A DNA stretch of 64,000 bases from a virus, in the IMG/VR virus record IMGVR_UViG_3300050015_000276, positions 115,688-179,687 of that record; one strand, 5' to 3'. Of the stretch, positions 1-10,297 are shown one piece after another. The first letter of the stretch is position 1. Every line of letters begins with the position of its first letter. The notes beneath the pieces are model-generated. The model was not told the origin of the DNA. It saw only the letters and a program-made list of their open reading frames with translations, and did no database searches. A program made the position numbers and the translations under genes.

Positions 1-1
1 T

Positions 2-997
2 CATAAATTTGAAGATATTCCAACAGGAGAAGATCTTAAGTTTTTAGCATCTTCAGGTTTAATATATGCTATGAATGGTATGGAAAGAATGATTTTCCGA
101 GATCATTCGAACAATACGTGGCCACGTGCAGAAAAATATAATAAAGCTTGGAAAATTGTTGATTCTATTGAAACTCAAGAATTGTTATATAGTCAGAAAC
201 CTATTAAAATTGTAATGGGTATGTTGTCTTGGAATGATAAGGAAACAACACTCAATAATCTTGATACTTTATATGCTGAAGCAAAGAGATTACGACAATT
301 TAATTTTGATTCGGAGGTTGTTGTAGTTGATAATGGATCTACTGATGGTACAAAACAGGCCCTTAGAAAAGTAAAGAATATTCATGTTATATCCAATAAA
401 ACTAATTTGGGTATTGCGCCGGCTCGTAATCAATTGTTTGAATATGCCAAAGTCTTCGATTCGGAATTTACATTTTCTGTAGATTGTGATATTGCTGTAG
501 TTCCATTTTCAGTTTTAGAAATGCTACGTTGGTTACGTTTACGGGCGAATATTGCAGCGTGTATTGGAACTGAATGGGATTTATGCACTGAAGATCCAAC
601 AAAAGTGGCCACTTGGTGTCCTACTATTACTATTAATACGCACATTCAACCACATCAGGCACCATTAGGATATGGTTTGTGGTTTACAAATGTTTTGAAT
701 CGATATAGATTTGATGAACGATTTGGACCTGGTTGGGGTGGGGAAGATAATGATTTAGCATTGACAATTGAGTCTGAAACATATTTGAAAATGTTTGTAT
801 TTCCTTTAAAGTATTTACATTTACATCCACATAAATCTATAGATTTACTTAAAGTTGATGGTGTGGATCCTGAAAAGGTTGTTCGTGAACGCTACCAAAT
901 ACTTATTGATAAATGGGTAGAAATTCCAGAGTTTAAACCTTTTATTAAAAGGTTAGTGCAATCTAAGAATTTGGAAAGTAATATTTTACCAACATGA
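2..997 (+). CDS. GT2-family glycosyltransferase, 5'-truncated by the window edge (probably two GT2 domains)
   Basis: Frame is open from base 2 (HKFEDIPTGEDLKF...) into the 71..997 ORF. VVVDNGSTDGT, N-x-G-x-A-x-ARN, DCD and WGGED motifs of GT-A/GT2 enzymes. Confidence 0.85.
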   Translation, partial: HKFEDIPTGEDLKFLASSGLIYAMNGMERMIFRDHSNNTWPRAEKYNKAWKIVDSIETQELLYSQKPIKIVMGMLSWNDKETTLNNLDTLYAEAKRLRQFNFDSEVVVVDNGSTDGTKQALRKVKNIHVISNKTNLGIAPARNQLFEYAKVFDSEFTFSVDCDIAVVPFSVLEMLRWLRLRANIAACIGTEWDLCTEDPTKVATWCPTITINTHIQPHQAPLGYGLWFTNVLNRYRFDERFGPGWGGEDNDLALTIESETYLKMFVFPLKYLHLHPHKSIDLLKVDGVDPEKVVRERYQILIDKWVEIPEFKPFIKRLVQSKNLESNILPT

Positions 998-1710
998 AAC
1001 CTATAATTTGGGTTTATTGGGAAAATAAACCAGGACAGTCTGATCCATTAATAGTTCAGAGATGCAAAGAGATTTTTAGACAATATAAAAATGTAATTAT
1101 TCTCAATGAAAATACAATTAAAAATTATGTGAATTTGATAGATTGTAGTCATATAAAAATTCTAGCATATAAAGGTGATTATTATCGTGCCAAATTACTT
1201 TCTGAATATGGTGGAATTTGGTTTGATGCTGATTCTATTTTGTTGGATGATTTTAGTGATTTGTATGATCAATTATTAAATAGTGATTTTGAGATGTGCG
1301 CAGAGAATTCGGCCGAAAGTTGTAGTCCATCTTGTTTGTTATTTAAACCTAAAAGTGTTATTGCGAAGAAATGGAGTTTATATTGTGAAGAAATGATACT
1401 TGCTGGAAAATGTATGGATTTAAATGATTGGGGACAACTTGCTGGATATGCTCTTGCTAGAATTATTAAAGAAACTAATAATAGTGTGATGGAATTTCCT
1501 GGAAGATATATGTTTTCTCTTGGTTACGAAAATAGAATTTTTATGAATTATTATAGTCAAGATGCCAGATATATTAAACAACAATTGCAACAAATTAAAA
1601 CACAAGGAGCCAAAGTTATCACATTATATGGTACGTTTATGTATAATCTTATTATACCAAACCAATGCTTATTAGAACAGATGTGGACAATGGCAAAAAT
1701 AAATGAATAA
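994..1710 (+). CDS. DXD glycosyltransferase (GT32/capsular polysaccharide synthesis-like)
   Basis: IIWVYW start, GDYYRAKLLSEYGGIWFDAD motif. Confidence 0.85.
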   Translation: MKPIIWVYWENKPGQSDPLIVQRCKEIFRQYKNVIILNENTIKNYVNLIDCSHIKILAYKGDYYRAKLLSEYGGIWFDADSILLDDFSDLYDQLLNSDFEMCAENSAESCSPSCLLFKPKSVIAKKWSLYCEEMILAGKCMDLNDWGQLAGYALARIIKETNNSVMEFPGRYMFSLGYENRIFMNYYSQDARYIKQQLQQIKTQGAKVITLYGTFMYNLIIPNQCLLEQMWTMAKINE

Positions 1711-2274
1711 TAACGAAGATGTTTCGGTATCGGGTGTTGGTTCCTCTCGGGCCGCTACTAAAAAATTAGATTAGAAATTCCTGAATTATTAAAAACTTTT
1801 AAGGTTAAGACATTATTGGATTTACCGTGTGGGGATTATCATTGGATGCAACATGTTAATTTGTACGGTATATTGTATACTGGGGCCGATATAAATGAGG
1901 AAAGAATTGTGGATAACAAACAAAAGTATCCAGAAATTCACTTTGAAGTATTAGATATTACTTCAGATCCTCTTCCTAAAAGTGATGTTGTTTTGGTGAG
2001 AGATTGTTTGGTTCATTTGGACAATAAGAGTATTTGGAAGACTATCAAAAATCTGAAGAAGAGTGGATCAACATATCTATTAACTACGAATTTTCCAGTC
2101 ATTATTCATTCTACTTTAAATAATAATATTAAAACCGGTGGTTGGCGTCCATTAAATTTTCAATTAAAACCTTTTAATTTTCCAGAACCTATTGGCGTGA
2201 TTGTAGAGAATTGTACTGAGGAACCTTGGATTGATAAATCATTGTGCCTTTGGAAAATTGAAAATCTTTCTTGA
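1703..2274 (+). pseudogene. Class I SAM-dependent methyltransferase with a -1 frameshift at the A6 run 1760-1765
   Basis: ATG at 1703 gives MNNNEDVSVSGVGSSRAATKK then TAG at 1772. The -1 frame opens only after TAA 1759-1761 and continues IRLEIPELLKTFKVKTLLDLPCGDYHWM...RDCLVHL. Confidence 0.75.
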
Positions 2275-2299
2275 CATTTAATTGTGTTTGTGATATACT
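2271..2299 (+). promoter_or_regulatory. sigma70-like early promoter
   Basis: TTGACA-17nt-TATACT with TG extension. Confidence 0.75.
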
Positions 2300-2305
2300 T
2301 TATGT

Positions 2306-3154
2306 ATGGTACCTTTGAAGAATCGAAATCGAAAGGCGTATTCATTCGCCAATATTAATTTATTGGGAAAATGTAATGCTGATTGTTATTTTTGTCTCGG
2401 TAAAGATATTCCTTCTGAATTGGTCGGAAAGAATCAACTTTCGGTTCATTTTACACAATGGAAGAATTTTAAGAGTTTCTTAACGCAGTGCCGAGATAAT
2501 GACATTTCGAAATTATATTTAACTGGACAAACGGCCGACGGACTTCAATATGTTTACCTAGATGAATTAATTGATTATCTTCAGGATAAATGTGGATTTT
2601 CTGTTGGTATTCGAACGAATGGTTATCTCGCTTTAAAAAGGATGACAACCATTCGTAAGATGAAAGATGAAATCGGGTACAGTATTCACACCCTGAATTG
2701 TACTAATAATAACCTTATTATGGGTAGACGAGATTTGCCAGAGTGGAATAAGATTATACCACAAAGTGGTGATAATGTACGAGTTGCCATTGTATTGAAT
2801 CGTTATAATGTTTTAGAATTTTATTCTCTTTGTGAATATATTTCTCAATTTCCAAATGTTAATTATATTCAGGTTCGCCGGGTTTCAACAGATACTCGAA
2901 TGGTATTTCTTAATGAAGATATTGATATTTTTGAAAAGTTTTACCAATGCTTTATTTCTTACAATAAACCTATCCGCGAATATTATGGTGCTCCTATTTT
3001 CAAACTTTTTGGTAAGGATATTGTATTTTGGAGAACAGTTGAGACTTCAATAAATTCCTTAAACTACTTTACAGACGGAACGTGTTCCGATGAGTATTTT
3101 GTGGTAGAAGGATATCTTAAGAATCAGGATGTAAATAATGCAGAAGGCACTTAG
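2306..3154 (+). CDS. Radical SAM protein, function unknown
   Basis: CNADCYFC (CxxxCxxC) motif; LTG and IRTNG motifs. Confidence 0.85.
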   Translation: MVPLKNRNRKAYSFANINLLGKCNADCYFCLGKDIPSELVGKNQLSVHFTQWKNFKSFLTQCRDNDISKLYLTGQTADGLQYVYLDELIDYLQDKCGFSVGIRTNGYLALKRMTTIRKMKDEIGYSIHTLNCTNNNLIMGRRDLPEWNKIIPQSGDNVRVAIVLNRYNVLEFYSLCEYISQFPNVNYIQVRRVSTDTRMVFLNEDIDIFEKFYQCFISYNKPIREYYGAPIFKLFGKDIVFWRTVETSINSLNYFTDGTCSDEYFVVEGYLKNQDVNNAEGT

Positions 3155-4184
3155 TTTTGATGATACACTATTAGTTCCAAAAAGAACATTTGGTGGCAGT
3201 CGTGGGCAGGTTGATATATCCACAAATATTTGTGGATATAATATGAAAATTCCTATTTTTTCGGCTAATATGTCTTCGGTAACTGAATCAGAAATGGCTA
3301 TTGCAATGCGGCGAAATGGTGGCCTTGGAGTTCTTCATCGAATGTGTGATCCTGCCGAAAATATTAAAATGGTGAAAAATGTGTATTTGGGACTTTCAGA
3401 AGACGACTATACTAAAACTCCAGTATTTGTTTCTTTGCCATCTAATGGATTTGATGCTCTCAATAGAATAAAGGATACTCTTGAATTTAAACCTTATGGT
3501 TATTGCATAGATGTAGCACATGCTGATTCTCCTGATGTGGAAGAAACTGTAAAACGAATTATACAAGAATATCCGGAATTAAATTTGATTGTTGGTAATT
3601 ATGCGACACCCGAAGGTATTAGAAATCTTATCAATATAATTGATAAAAAAGATCTTTCTAGAGTTGCATTTAAAGTGGGAATTGGTAGCGGAAGCCAATG
3701 TTCTACACGTATTGTTACCGGTTGTGGTATTCCTACATTAGAAAGTATATTTCGAATTAGAAATAATGATTATATACCAAAAGATATTAAATTGATTGCT
3801 GATGGTGGAATTCGTAATTCTGGTGATATTGTAAAAGTTTTGGCCTCTGGCGCGGATGCAGTTATGTTAGGTAGTTTGTTGGCTGGAACTAAAGAGGCTC
3901 CCGGTAATGTTATTAAAAATTCTGGTGGTCTTTATAAGATTTATAGAGGCAGCGCCTCATATGGACAGAAGTTTGAAGTGGGAAAACAAGGATATATTGA
4001 AGGAACAGAAACTTTAGTGCCATACAAAGGCCATGTTACAACTATTCTTACTCAATTGGTAGAGGGAATCAAATCAGGATTTTCCTATTGTGGTTCCCTT
4101 AATCTTGAAGAATTGCAAGATAATGCGGAATTTGTCGAAATATCAAATGCTGGATATAGAGAAAGTACACCTCATGGGGTTTAA
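3138..4184 (+). CDS. IMP dehydrogenase / GMP reductase family (no CBS domain)
   Basis: LSFDD, IDVAHA, KVGIGSGSQCSTR, IADGGIR, ADAVMLGS, YRGSAS, GIKSGFSYCG. Confidence 0.92.
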   Translation: MQKALSFDDTLLVPKRTFGGSRGQVDISTNICGYNMKIPIFSANMSSVTESEMAIAMRRNGGLGVLHRMCDPAENIKMVKNVYLGLSEDDYTKTPVFVSLPSNGFDALNRIKDTLEFKPYGYCIDVAHADSPDVEETVKRIIQEYPELNLIVGNYATPEGIRNLINIIDKKDLSRVAFKVGIGSGSQCSTRIVTGCGIPTLESIFRIRNNDYIPKDIKLIADGGIRNSGDIVKVLASGADAVMLGSLLAGTKEAPGNVIKNSGGLYKIYRGSASYGQKFEVGKQGYIEGTETLVPYKGHVTTILTQLVEGIKSGFSYCGSLNLEELQDNAEFVEISNAGYRESTPHGV

Positions 4185-4186
4185 AT

Positions 4187-4378
4187 ATGACAGTAAAAGA
4201 ACGATATGAAGAGTGGTTGCGGCGAGCAAATAAAATTGCCGAAGATTTGGAAATTGAAATAAATTTCACTGTAGAAGTTCGAGATTATACACCAGAAGCC
4301 TGTGTGGACGTTTGTCAAAAATATACAGATTGTGGTTTTTATTCAAAACCTGGCAATACTTATATTAATTGTTGTTGA
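4187..4378 (+). CDS. Small hypothetical protein
   Basis: Short ORF packed after the IMPDH/GMPR gene. Confidence 0.5.
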   Translation: MTVKERYEEWLRRANKIAEDLEIEINFTVEVRDYTPEACVDVCQKYTDCGFYSKPGNTYINCC

Positions 4379-4403
4379 CATTCCCGGTCGTTTGTGCTAA
4401 CAT
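4375..4403 (+). promoter_or_regulatory. sigma70-like early promoter
   Basis: TTGACA-17nt-TAACAT with TG extension. Confidence 0.65.
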
Positions 4404-4409
4404 ATTAGT

Positions 4410-6728
4410 ATGTCTGAAGAAACTAATATTGTAAATGTCCAAGCTAAAAAACTCCTGGCTCGATTGTTAGTAACGGAAGCTATAACAGTTATTCATGCAG
4501 GAACTAGGACAGCATCATTTGATCCAAAACGAAGAATATTGACTCTTCCAATTTGGAAAACAATGAGTGGCGACCTTTATGACCTTTTTGTTCTTCATGA
4601 AGTATCTCATGCACTTTATACTCCACAAGGAAGTAAACCTTTAATTGATGCGTGTAACCGGGTTGCTTCCAAATATCCAAAAGCAGCAAAAAGATTTGTT
4701 AATATTGTGGAAGATGCCAGGATTGAACGACTTATTAAAGTAACATATCCGGGTGGTCGTGGTGCATTTATTCGTGGTTATACGGAACTGGTTGAACGTG
4801 ATTTCTTCGGCACAAAAGGAAGAGATATAAACGATTTTGGTATCATTGATAGGATAAACATTTATTTCAAAACTGGTAATAATGATATTCAGTTTACTGA
4901 TTACGAAATGCAATTTATTCATGATATTGAAAAGGTTTTAACTTTCGATGAAGTTATTGGAATTTGTGAAAGATTGTATACTTATGCCAAAGAGGAAAGA
5001 GATAAGAAAAAGGCTGAATCAGAAGAGGACTGCCAAGAAACAGAGAATGACGATCCAGAATCTGGAAATGAAGAATTGGATCCAAATTCTAAAACCTCAA
5101 AATCTTCCATGAATGATTCGGAAGATGACGACGATTCTGATGTAGATGTCGATCCAGATACGGATGATGACGAAGATATACCGGATGAAAATGATGAATC
5201 TATACCGGATGAAAATGAAGAAACTTCAGGAGATGCTGATAATGGCGAAGAAACTAATTCGGACGAAAAGACCGATGAGGACAAGAAACCCGAAAAAGCC
5301 TTTAAAGACTCTGAAGCCGAAGCACCCAAAATAAATGATGATCCTATTGAATCTGTAACAGATAAAACTTGGGAAGAAAAACAGGAAGAGTTGTGTGATT
5401 TATATGCACGTCCAATTCGGTATTTGGGTATTCCTAAACCAATATTAGAAAATATAATTGTTCCTTATAAGAAAGTTCATTCTAATATTCGAAAACATTA
5501 TTTGAATGCTGGTGTAGGTTTTGTAACGAGTCATTCAGAAGAATTTGCACGTTTCAAAGATGAAAATAAAACAGTTGTTGATTGGCTTATTAAAGAATTT
5601 GAAATGCGTAAGGCTGCCAATCAATATTCTAGATCATTATCTGCTAAGACTGGTATATTGGATATGAATAAATTGAACCAGTATAGGTTTGCGGATGATA
5701 TCATGAAGAAGGTGACTTCAATTATTGGTGGAAAGAATCATGCGCTTGAGATATTTGTTGACTGGTCAGGTTCTATGGTCCAACATGCATTGGGAACAAT
5801 ACATCAATTAATAAATATTGCGATGTTTTGTCGTAAAGAACAAATACCATTTAATGCTTATACTTTTGGTGCCGAGACTGTCCATAGCCAAGAACTCAGA
5901 GGTAAAACAGGTCAGTGTGGCAATGCTGATGTTTTCCAATTTGAAATTGAGGATTTTGGTTTCTTTTATGGTTTTTCTTTACACCAAGTGCTTTCGAGTA
6001 CAATGTCCGCAATGGAATTTAATGATGCATGTATTAATTTATTCATGATGGCATCTTCTTGTGGTTCGGGACAAAGAGGACTTCCAAAAGCTGAAAAAAT
6101 GAGTGGAACACCTTTGAATGAAGCCATTGTTTCTGCCATTGAAATTGTAAATCGCCTTCGTAAGAAAACTAATATTCAAGTTATAAATACAGTTTTTATT
6201 ACTGATGGTGAGGCAACTACAGATGGCCGGTATATTCACGAAGTTAAAACATTATTTGAAACCACCTATATTGATTATGGAAAAGAAGATGTGTTTTTGC
6301 GAGATTCAGTAACACATATAGATTATCCGTTAAGCAATATAAAAAGGGATACTACAAAGGCATTTCTTCAAATATTTCGAAATAGAACTAAGACTAATGT
6401 AATTGGGTTTTTTATTTCGGGAGGTGACAAATATAGTCAAAAGATTGACATCGCTACATTATATCCAGAACGTTGGGGTAAAGGTGAATTTGAACAAAAT
6501 AAAATTGAAAAGGAATTAGAAGAAAATAATTTTGTTCTCGTGCCAAATATGGGTTATACTGAATTTTATATAATTCCTGGTGGAAGAGAATTACGAATTT
6601 CTTTACCAGGTTCACCGTTAACTGGAATTATGGGAAATGGAAAAATGGTTACGGCGATGTCTGCACATGGTTTAAAGCAACGAAAGCAACGAATTTGTTT
6701 GAACCGTTTTATAAAAATTATTTCATAA
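4410..6728 (+). CDS. CobT-like / VWA-domain protein with N-terminal HExxH metallopeptidase motif and acidic linker
   Basis: HEVSH...NIVEDARIE; long D/E linker; DWSGSM MIDAS, SGTPLNEA, FITDGE. Confidence 0.85.
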   Translation: MSEETNIVNVQAKKLLARLLVTEAITVIHAGTRTASFDPKRRILTLPIWKTMSGDLYDLFVLHEVSHALYTPQGSKPLIDACNRVASKYPKAAKRFVNIVEDARIERLIKVTYPGGRGAFIRGYTELVERDFFGTKGRDINDFGIIDRINIYFKTGNNDIQFTDYEMQFIHDIEKVLTFDEVIGICERLYTYAKEERDKKKAESEEDCQETENDDPESGNEELDPNSKTSKSSMNDSEDDDDSDVDVDPDTDDDEDIPDENDESIPDENEETSGDADNGEETNSDEKTDEDKKPEKAFKDSEAEAPKINDDPIESVTDKTWEEKQEELCDLYARPIRYLGIPKPILENIIVPYKKVHSNIRKHYLNAGVGFVTSHSEEFARFKDENKTVVDWLIKEFEMRKAANQYSRSLSAKTGILDMNKLNQYRFADDIMKKVTSIIGGKNHALEIFVDWSGSMVQHALGTIHQLINIAMFCRKEQIPFNAYTFGAETVHSQELRGKTGQCGNADVFQFEIEDFGFFYGFSLHQVLSSTMSAMEFNDACINLFMMASSCGSGQRGLPKAEKMSGTPLNEAIVSAIEIVNRLRKKTNIQVINTVFITDGEATTDGRYIHEVKTLFETTYIDYGKEDVFLRDSVTHIDYPLSNIKRDTTKAFLQIFRNRTKTNVIGFFISGGDKYSQKIDIATLYPERWGKGEFEQNKIEKELEENNFVLVPNMGYTEFYIIPGGRELRISLPGSPLTGIMGNGKMVTAMSAHGLKQRKQRICLNRFIKIIS

Positions 6729-6796
6729 AGGTCTTGCTTTTTAGACCAAAATGTAGTACAATAGTAATGATGAAAGGTATACAAGAAGGTTAATGA

Positions 6797-7249
6797 ATGG
6801 CAAAAGATAAAGTTGTTAATAAGAATCAACCAAAGAGTTTGACTTCCGCACAACATATGTTTGTGGAGCAACTTCAGGCGCGTTTTGGTGAGCAATTTAC
6901 AAATGTTAAACGCAATGAATTGTTGAAGGCATCTCAAGATATTTTGAAGGCCGCTACAATTCCAGCTTGGATTGCAAGAAATTTGAAAGTTCGTAATAAG
7001 GAGAAGCGTGGAAGATATGATCTTAGTGTACTTCTTAAGTTGCCTGTTGTAGCCTTTGAAGAGGTGAAGACGGCAAAAGTAAAGAAGACTCCTAAGGTTG
7101 TTGCAAAGAAGGCTACTAAGGCACCTAAGGTTCCAAAAACTACTAAGAAAACTAAAGAAACAGGGATTGTTGATACTGAGACGGCATTGGCAGATTTAAA
7201 TACGCCGGCAATTCAAGATGATCCTTTTTCCGAAGAAATAGCCGAGTAA
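6797..7249 (+). CDS. Basic hypothetical protein
   Basis: 150-aa ORF, Lys-rich C-terminus; resembles the N-terminal region of the next gene (PAW/PTW...RGRY/RGKY). Confidence 0.7.
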   Translation: MAKDKVVNKNQPKSLTSAQHMFVEQLQARFGEQFTNVKRNELLKASQDILKAATIPAWIARNLKVRNKEKRGRYDLSVLLKLPVVAFEEVKTAKVKKTPKVVAKKATKAPKVPKTTKKTKETGIVDTETALADLNTPAIQDDPFSEEIAE

Positions 7250-7274
7250 TACCATTTATATTGGCGAGTAATAT

Positions 7275-8501
7275 ATGACACTTAAACAAAAACAAGAGAA
7301 TTTTGTTTCCATTGTTCAGAAACAATATGGAATTAATAGAGATTATATTACTCGCCAAGAAGTTATTTGGTTAATTAAGAATATTGGAATTAAAAGTCCA
7401 ACCTGGTTAGTAAACGATCTTCAATATAAAATTGCAAGAGGAAAGTATAAATTGCCGAATTTGTTACTTGGCCAAACTGCGCCACAATCCTCAGATGATG
7501 AAGATTTGACAACTGTAGCCGAAGAAATATTTAATCCAAAACCAAAAAAAGAAGTAAAAAGGATTTTTCCAAAACATATTTCATATGTTCCTAGTGAAGG
7601 ACTTGTTCCTGGTGCAGAACCTACATTTGTTCCTTTTGGTTGTTTTCAGGATGTGAAATCCATTATTGAAAGTGGTGTGTTTCTTCCAATTTATATTTCT
7701 GGACCGACACGTTCTGGAAAAACCTTAACGCCTATTCAAGTTTGTTCTCAACTCAAGAAAAATTTGTATCGTGTTAATATTACTATTGAGACAGATGAGA
7801 GTGATCTCTTAGGTGGATATAAATTGATTAACGGAGAAACAGTATGGGAGGATGGACCAGCAGTTAAAGCTATTGAAGATCCTACTGGTGCTGTATTGTT
7901 GCTAGATGAAATTGATTTGGGTTCTAATAAACTTCTTTGTCTCCAACCTATTTTAGAAGGAAATGGAATTTACATTAAGAAAACAAATAGGTGGGTTCGT
8001 CCTTCAGAAGGATTTAATGTTATTGCGACAGCTAATACAAAAGGACGTGGTAGTGAAGATGGCCGATATATTGGTACTAATGTAATGAATGAAGCTATGT
8101 TAGAGCGGTTTCCTATTACATATGACCAAGGATATGCAAATAAGAAAATTGAGGCATCGATCCTTAAAAAGAATCTTAAAATGTATGGTGAAGAATCTCC
8201 GCAATTTATAGATTGTTTGTGCCAATGGGCTGATAATATAAGGAAAACAAATGCTAACGGCGGCGTTGATGAAACTATTTCAACGGGGCGTTTGGTATAC
8301 ATTATTAAAACTTATGTAGTTTTTGGACGTAATCGTATGAAAGCTATCAAAGATAATATTGCCCGATTTGATTTGAATACACAGACTAGTTTTTTGGATA
8401 TGTATACCAAGATTGATGAACATGCCGTAGATGGTCCAGACGACCAAATAGTTTTGGGAGTCGATCTTCAAACTCCTGTTGTGAAAAAAGTTTGTTGGTA
8501 G
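7275..8501 (+). CDS. CobS-like / MoxR-type AAA+ ATPase
   Basis: GPTRSGKT Walker A, LLLDEID Walker B, ATANTKGRG, EAMLERF. Confidence 0.9.
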   Translation: MTLKQKQENFVSIVQKQYGINRDYITRQEVIWLIKNIGIKSPTWLVNDLQYKIARGKYKLPNLLLGQTAPQSSDDEDLTTVAEEIFNPKPKKEVKRIFPKHISYVPSEGLVPGAEPTFVPFGCFQDVKSIIESGVFLPIYISGPTRSGKTLTPIQVCSQLKKNLYRVNITIETDESDLLGGYKLINGETVWEDGPAVKAIEDPTGAVLLLDEIDLGSNKLLCLQPILEGNGIYIKKTNRWVRPSEGFNVIATANTKGRGSEDGRYIGTNVMNEAMLERFPITYDQGYANKKIEASILKKNLKMYGEESPQFIDCLCQWADNIRKTNANGGVDETISTGRLVYIIKTYVVFGRNRMKAIKDNIARFDLNTQTSFLDMYTKIDEHAVDGPDDQIVLGVDLQTPVVKKVCW

Positions 8502-8531
8502 TTGACTTCCAATAGAAAATTGTGTTATAAT
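8502..8531 (+). promoter_or_regulatory. sigma70-like early promoter
   Basis: TTGACT-18nt-TATAAT. Confidence 0.65.
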
Positions 8532-8538
8532 TGATCAA

Positions 8539-8956
8539 TATGAATAGTGCTGTGTGGGTCAAAGAACCTGACCCAGTAAAAAATAATTTACCTGCCGTGT
8601 GGGATCTGGTTTTGTCGGACCTTGAATTGTCACGGAAGAATCTTTCTAATGCTCCTCAATATCAAATATTGGATCTGTTAATAGCAGATATTCATTTGAG
8701 AGATATTACAGGCGAGAAGAAATATGGAGTTCGTCTTCAACCATTTAATGGTAGGAAGAATCTCAAAGATGCATATGAGGAGTTCTTGGATGCTGTTGTA
8801 TATTTGCGTGCTGAATACTTCGAAATGACTTCTGGTGAGAAGACCGAAGAAATTGAAAGTTATGCCAGAAGTATTGGAGTTTTGTATACGACGGCACTGG
8901 ATGCTTCTCTTAAATTAAGATATTTAATGGAATTGAAAAAGGAACAGAATGGCTAA
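8539..8956 (+). CDS. Putative all-alpha NTP pyrophosphohydrolase-like protein
   Basis: G-EKKYG...DAYEEFLDAVVYL pattern; family assignment from memory. Confidence 0.55.
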
Positions 8957-9665
8957 AGCGAAATCGAAAATGGTAACAGAAATTACACCGGCAACAATTG
9001 AAGTTTTAAAGAATGCTGCCCAGATTAATCAAACTCTGCTATTTCCTGTGGGAAATAAGTTGATAACGCGTTCAGTGAAAAAGCATACTTATTTGGAGAC
9101 AGTTGTTGCTGAATCTTTTCCAAAGAGGTTTACTATTTATGATTTGAATCAATTTCTTTCGGTAGTTACCCAATTTGAGAAACCAACATTGAATTTTGGT
9201 GATGCTGAGGAATATGTTAAGATCAGTGATGACGGTGGAGGAATGTCTGTTAAGTTTCATTATGGTGATGAATCGTTAGCATATATTCCTGATCCCAATA
9301 AGAGTGTTGCATTGCCAAGTACAGAAGTGACTGTGAAATTAACTGAAAAGGATTTCCGTCAAATTACAAATATGGCTCGTACTTTAGGCACTCCAGAACT
9401 TGCCCTCGAAAGTGATGGAAAAGTGTTAAAGTTGGTAACGATGGATAGTAAGAATTCGGCAACGAACACTACTGACCTACCAATTGGTGATGCTCCTTCA
9501 GATATTCCTTTTACGTTTGTATGGAAGATTGAGTATCTAAAACTTATACCTGGAACCTATGAATTGGCAGTGAGTAAAGCGGGCTTGAGCCGATTCAAGC
9601 ATTCGGATATGCAAATTGTATATCATATTGTCCTTGAGGCTGCTAGTACTAAATACGGAGAATAA
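8949..9665 (+). CDS. 45: Sliding clamp (T4 gp45-like)
   Basis: LKNAAQINQTL, FTIYDLNQFLS, LKLIPGTY; upstream of the clamp loader. Confidence 0.9.
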   Translation: MAKAKSKMVTEITPATIEVLKNAAQINQTLLFPVGNKLITRSVKKHTYLETVVAESFPKRFTIYDLNQFLSVVTQFEKPTLNFGDAEEYVKISDDGGGMSVKFHYGDESLAYIPDPNKSVALPSTEVTVKLTEKDFRQITNMARTLGTPELALESDGKVLKLVTMDSKNSATNTTDLPIGDAPSDIPFTFVWKIEYLKLIPGTYELAVSKAGLSRFKHSDMQIVYHIVLEAASTKYGE

Positions 9666-9667
9666 TT

Positions 9668-9907
9668 ATGACAACAGAAGAGATTTTGAATATTTTAGAA
9701 TTCATTCAGAAATCTGCTGGTAGTGATACGGCGCATTTTATCGTATATGCTGATGGTAGTGGACATTTTGCGGCAGGTTATACGGAGGATTTTCCTCGAA
9801 AGACTTCTTGTTATTTTAACCATGTTTCGTCAGTTAAATTGACTACGGTAGAAACAGAAATTTTAGAAAGTGATTCTTCATCTTTGATTCTTCCTTCAGA
9901 AAATTAA
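9668..9907 (+). CDS. Hypothetical protein
   Basis: ORF packed after gene 45. Confidence 0.55.
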   Translation: MTTEEILNILEFIQKSAGSDTAHFIVYADGSGHFAAGYTEDFPRKTSCYFNHVSSVKLTTVETEILESDSSSLILPSEN

Positions 9908-9915
9908 TAGTTTAA

Positions 9916-9991
9916 GGGGATGTCTGCCAACTGGTAAAGCAAGCGGACCTTCAATCCATTAATCCGAGTTCGAGTCTCGGCGTCCCTACCA
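9916..9991 (+). tRNA. tRNA-like gene, anticodon TTC (Glu) with atypical C33
   Basis: Acceptor GGGGATG/CGTCCCT, T-arm CCGAG-TTCGAGT-CTCGG, encoded CCA; loop CCTTCAA. Confidence 0.65.
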
Positions 9992-9996
9992 AAAAT

Positions 9997-10272
9997 ATGC
10001 CCAAATCAAATAATGGTCGAGATACAAAACTCCACTGTCAAACATGTGGAAAGAAGCGAAATATGATTCAGTTTTTCGCTATCAACACGGATCAAAAGGA
10101 TGAAAAGAGTAAGGTTTATCCTTTTGATCTTAAGAGGTTCTTGGAACTTATTAATTCTAATGAAATGGTAAAGTTGCCAAAGTATTATGTCGGAGTTTGC
10201 GGTATGTGTTATCAGAAGACATTTTTTCGTGGTAAGAATCATGGAAAGAAATTAGAAATTGTTGATGTATAA
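9997..10272 (+). CDS. Hypothetical Zn-binding protein
   Basis: CxxC...CxxC. Confidence 0.6.
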   Translation: MPKSNNGRDTKLHCQTCGKKRNMIQFFAINTDQKDEKSKVYPFDLKRFLELINSNEMVKLPKYYVGVCGMCYQKTFFRGKNHGKKLEIVDV

Positions 10273-10297
10273 TTTTCTTTATTGAGGATATTTTATT

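Noticed and set aside
5177-5218. 18-bp direct repeat in the CobT-like gene
   Set aside because: Simple duplication within the acidic low-complexity linker (IPDEN twice).
4410-8501. CobS/CobT pair as a cobalt chelatase feeding the B12-dependent RNR
   Set aside because: No CobN in the window. This AAA+/VWA pair is common in T4-like phages and the Cob name reflects fold similarity only.
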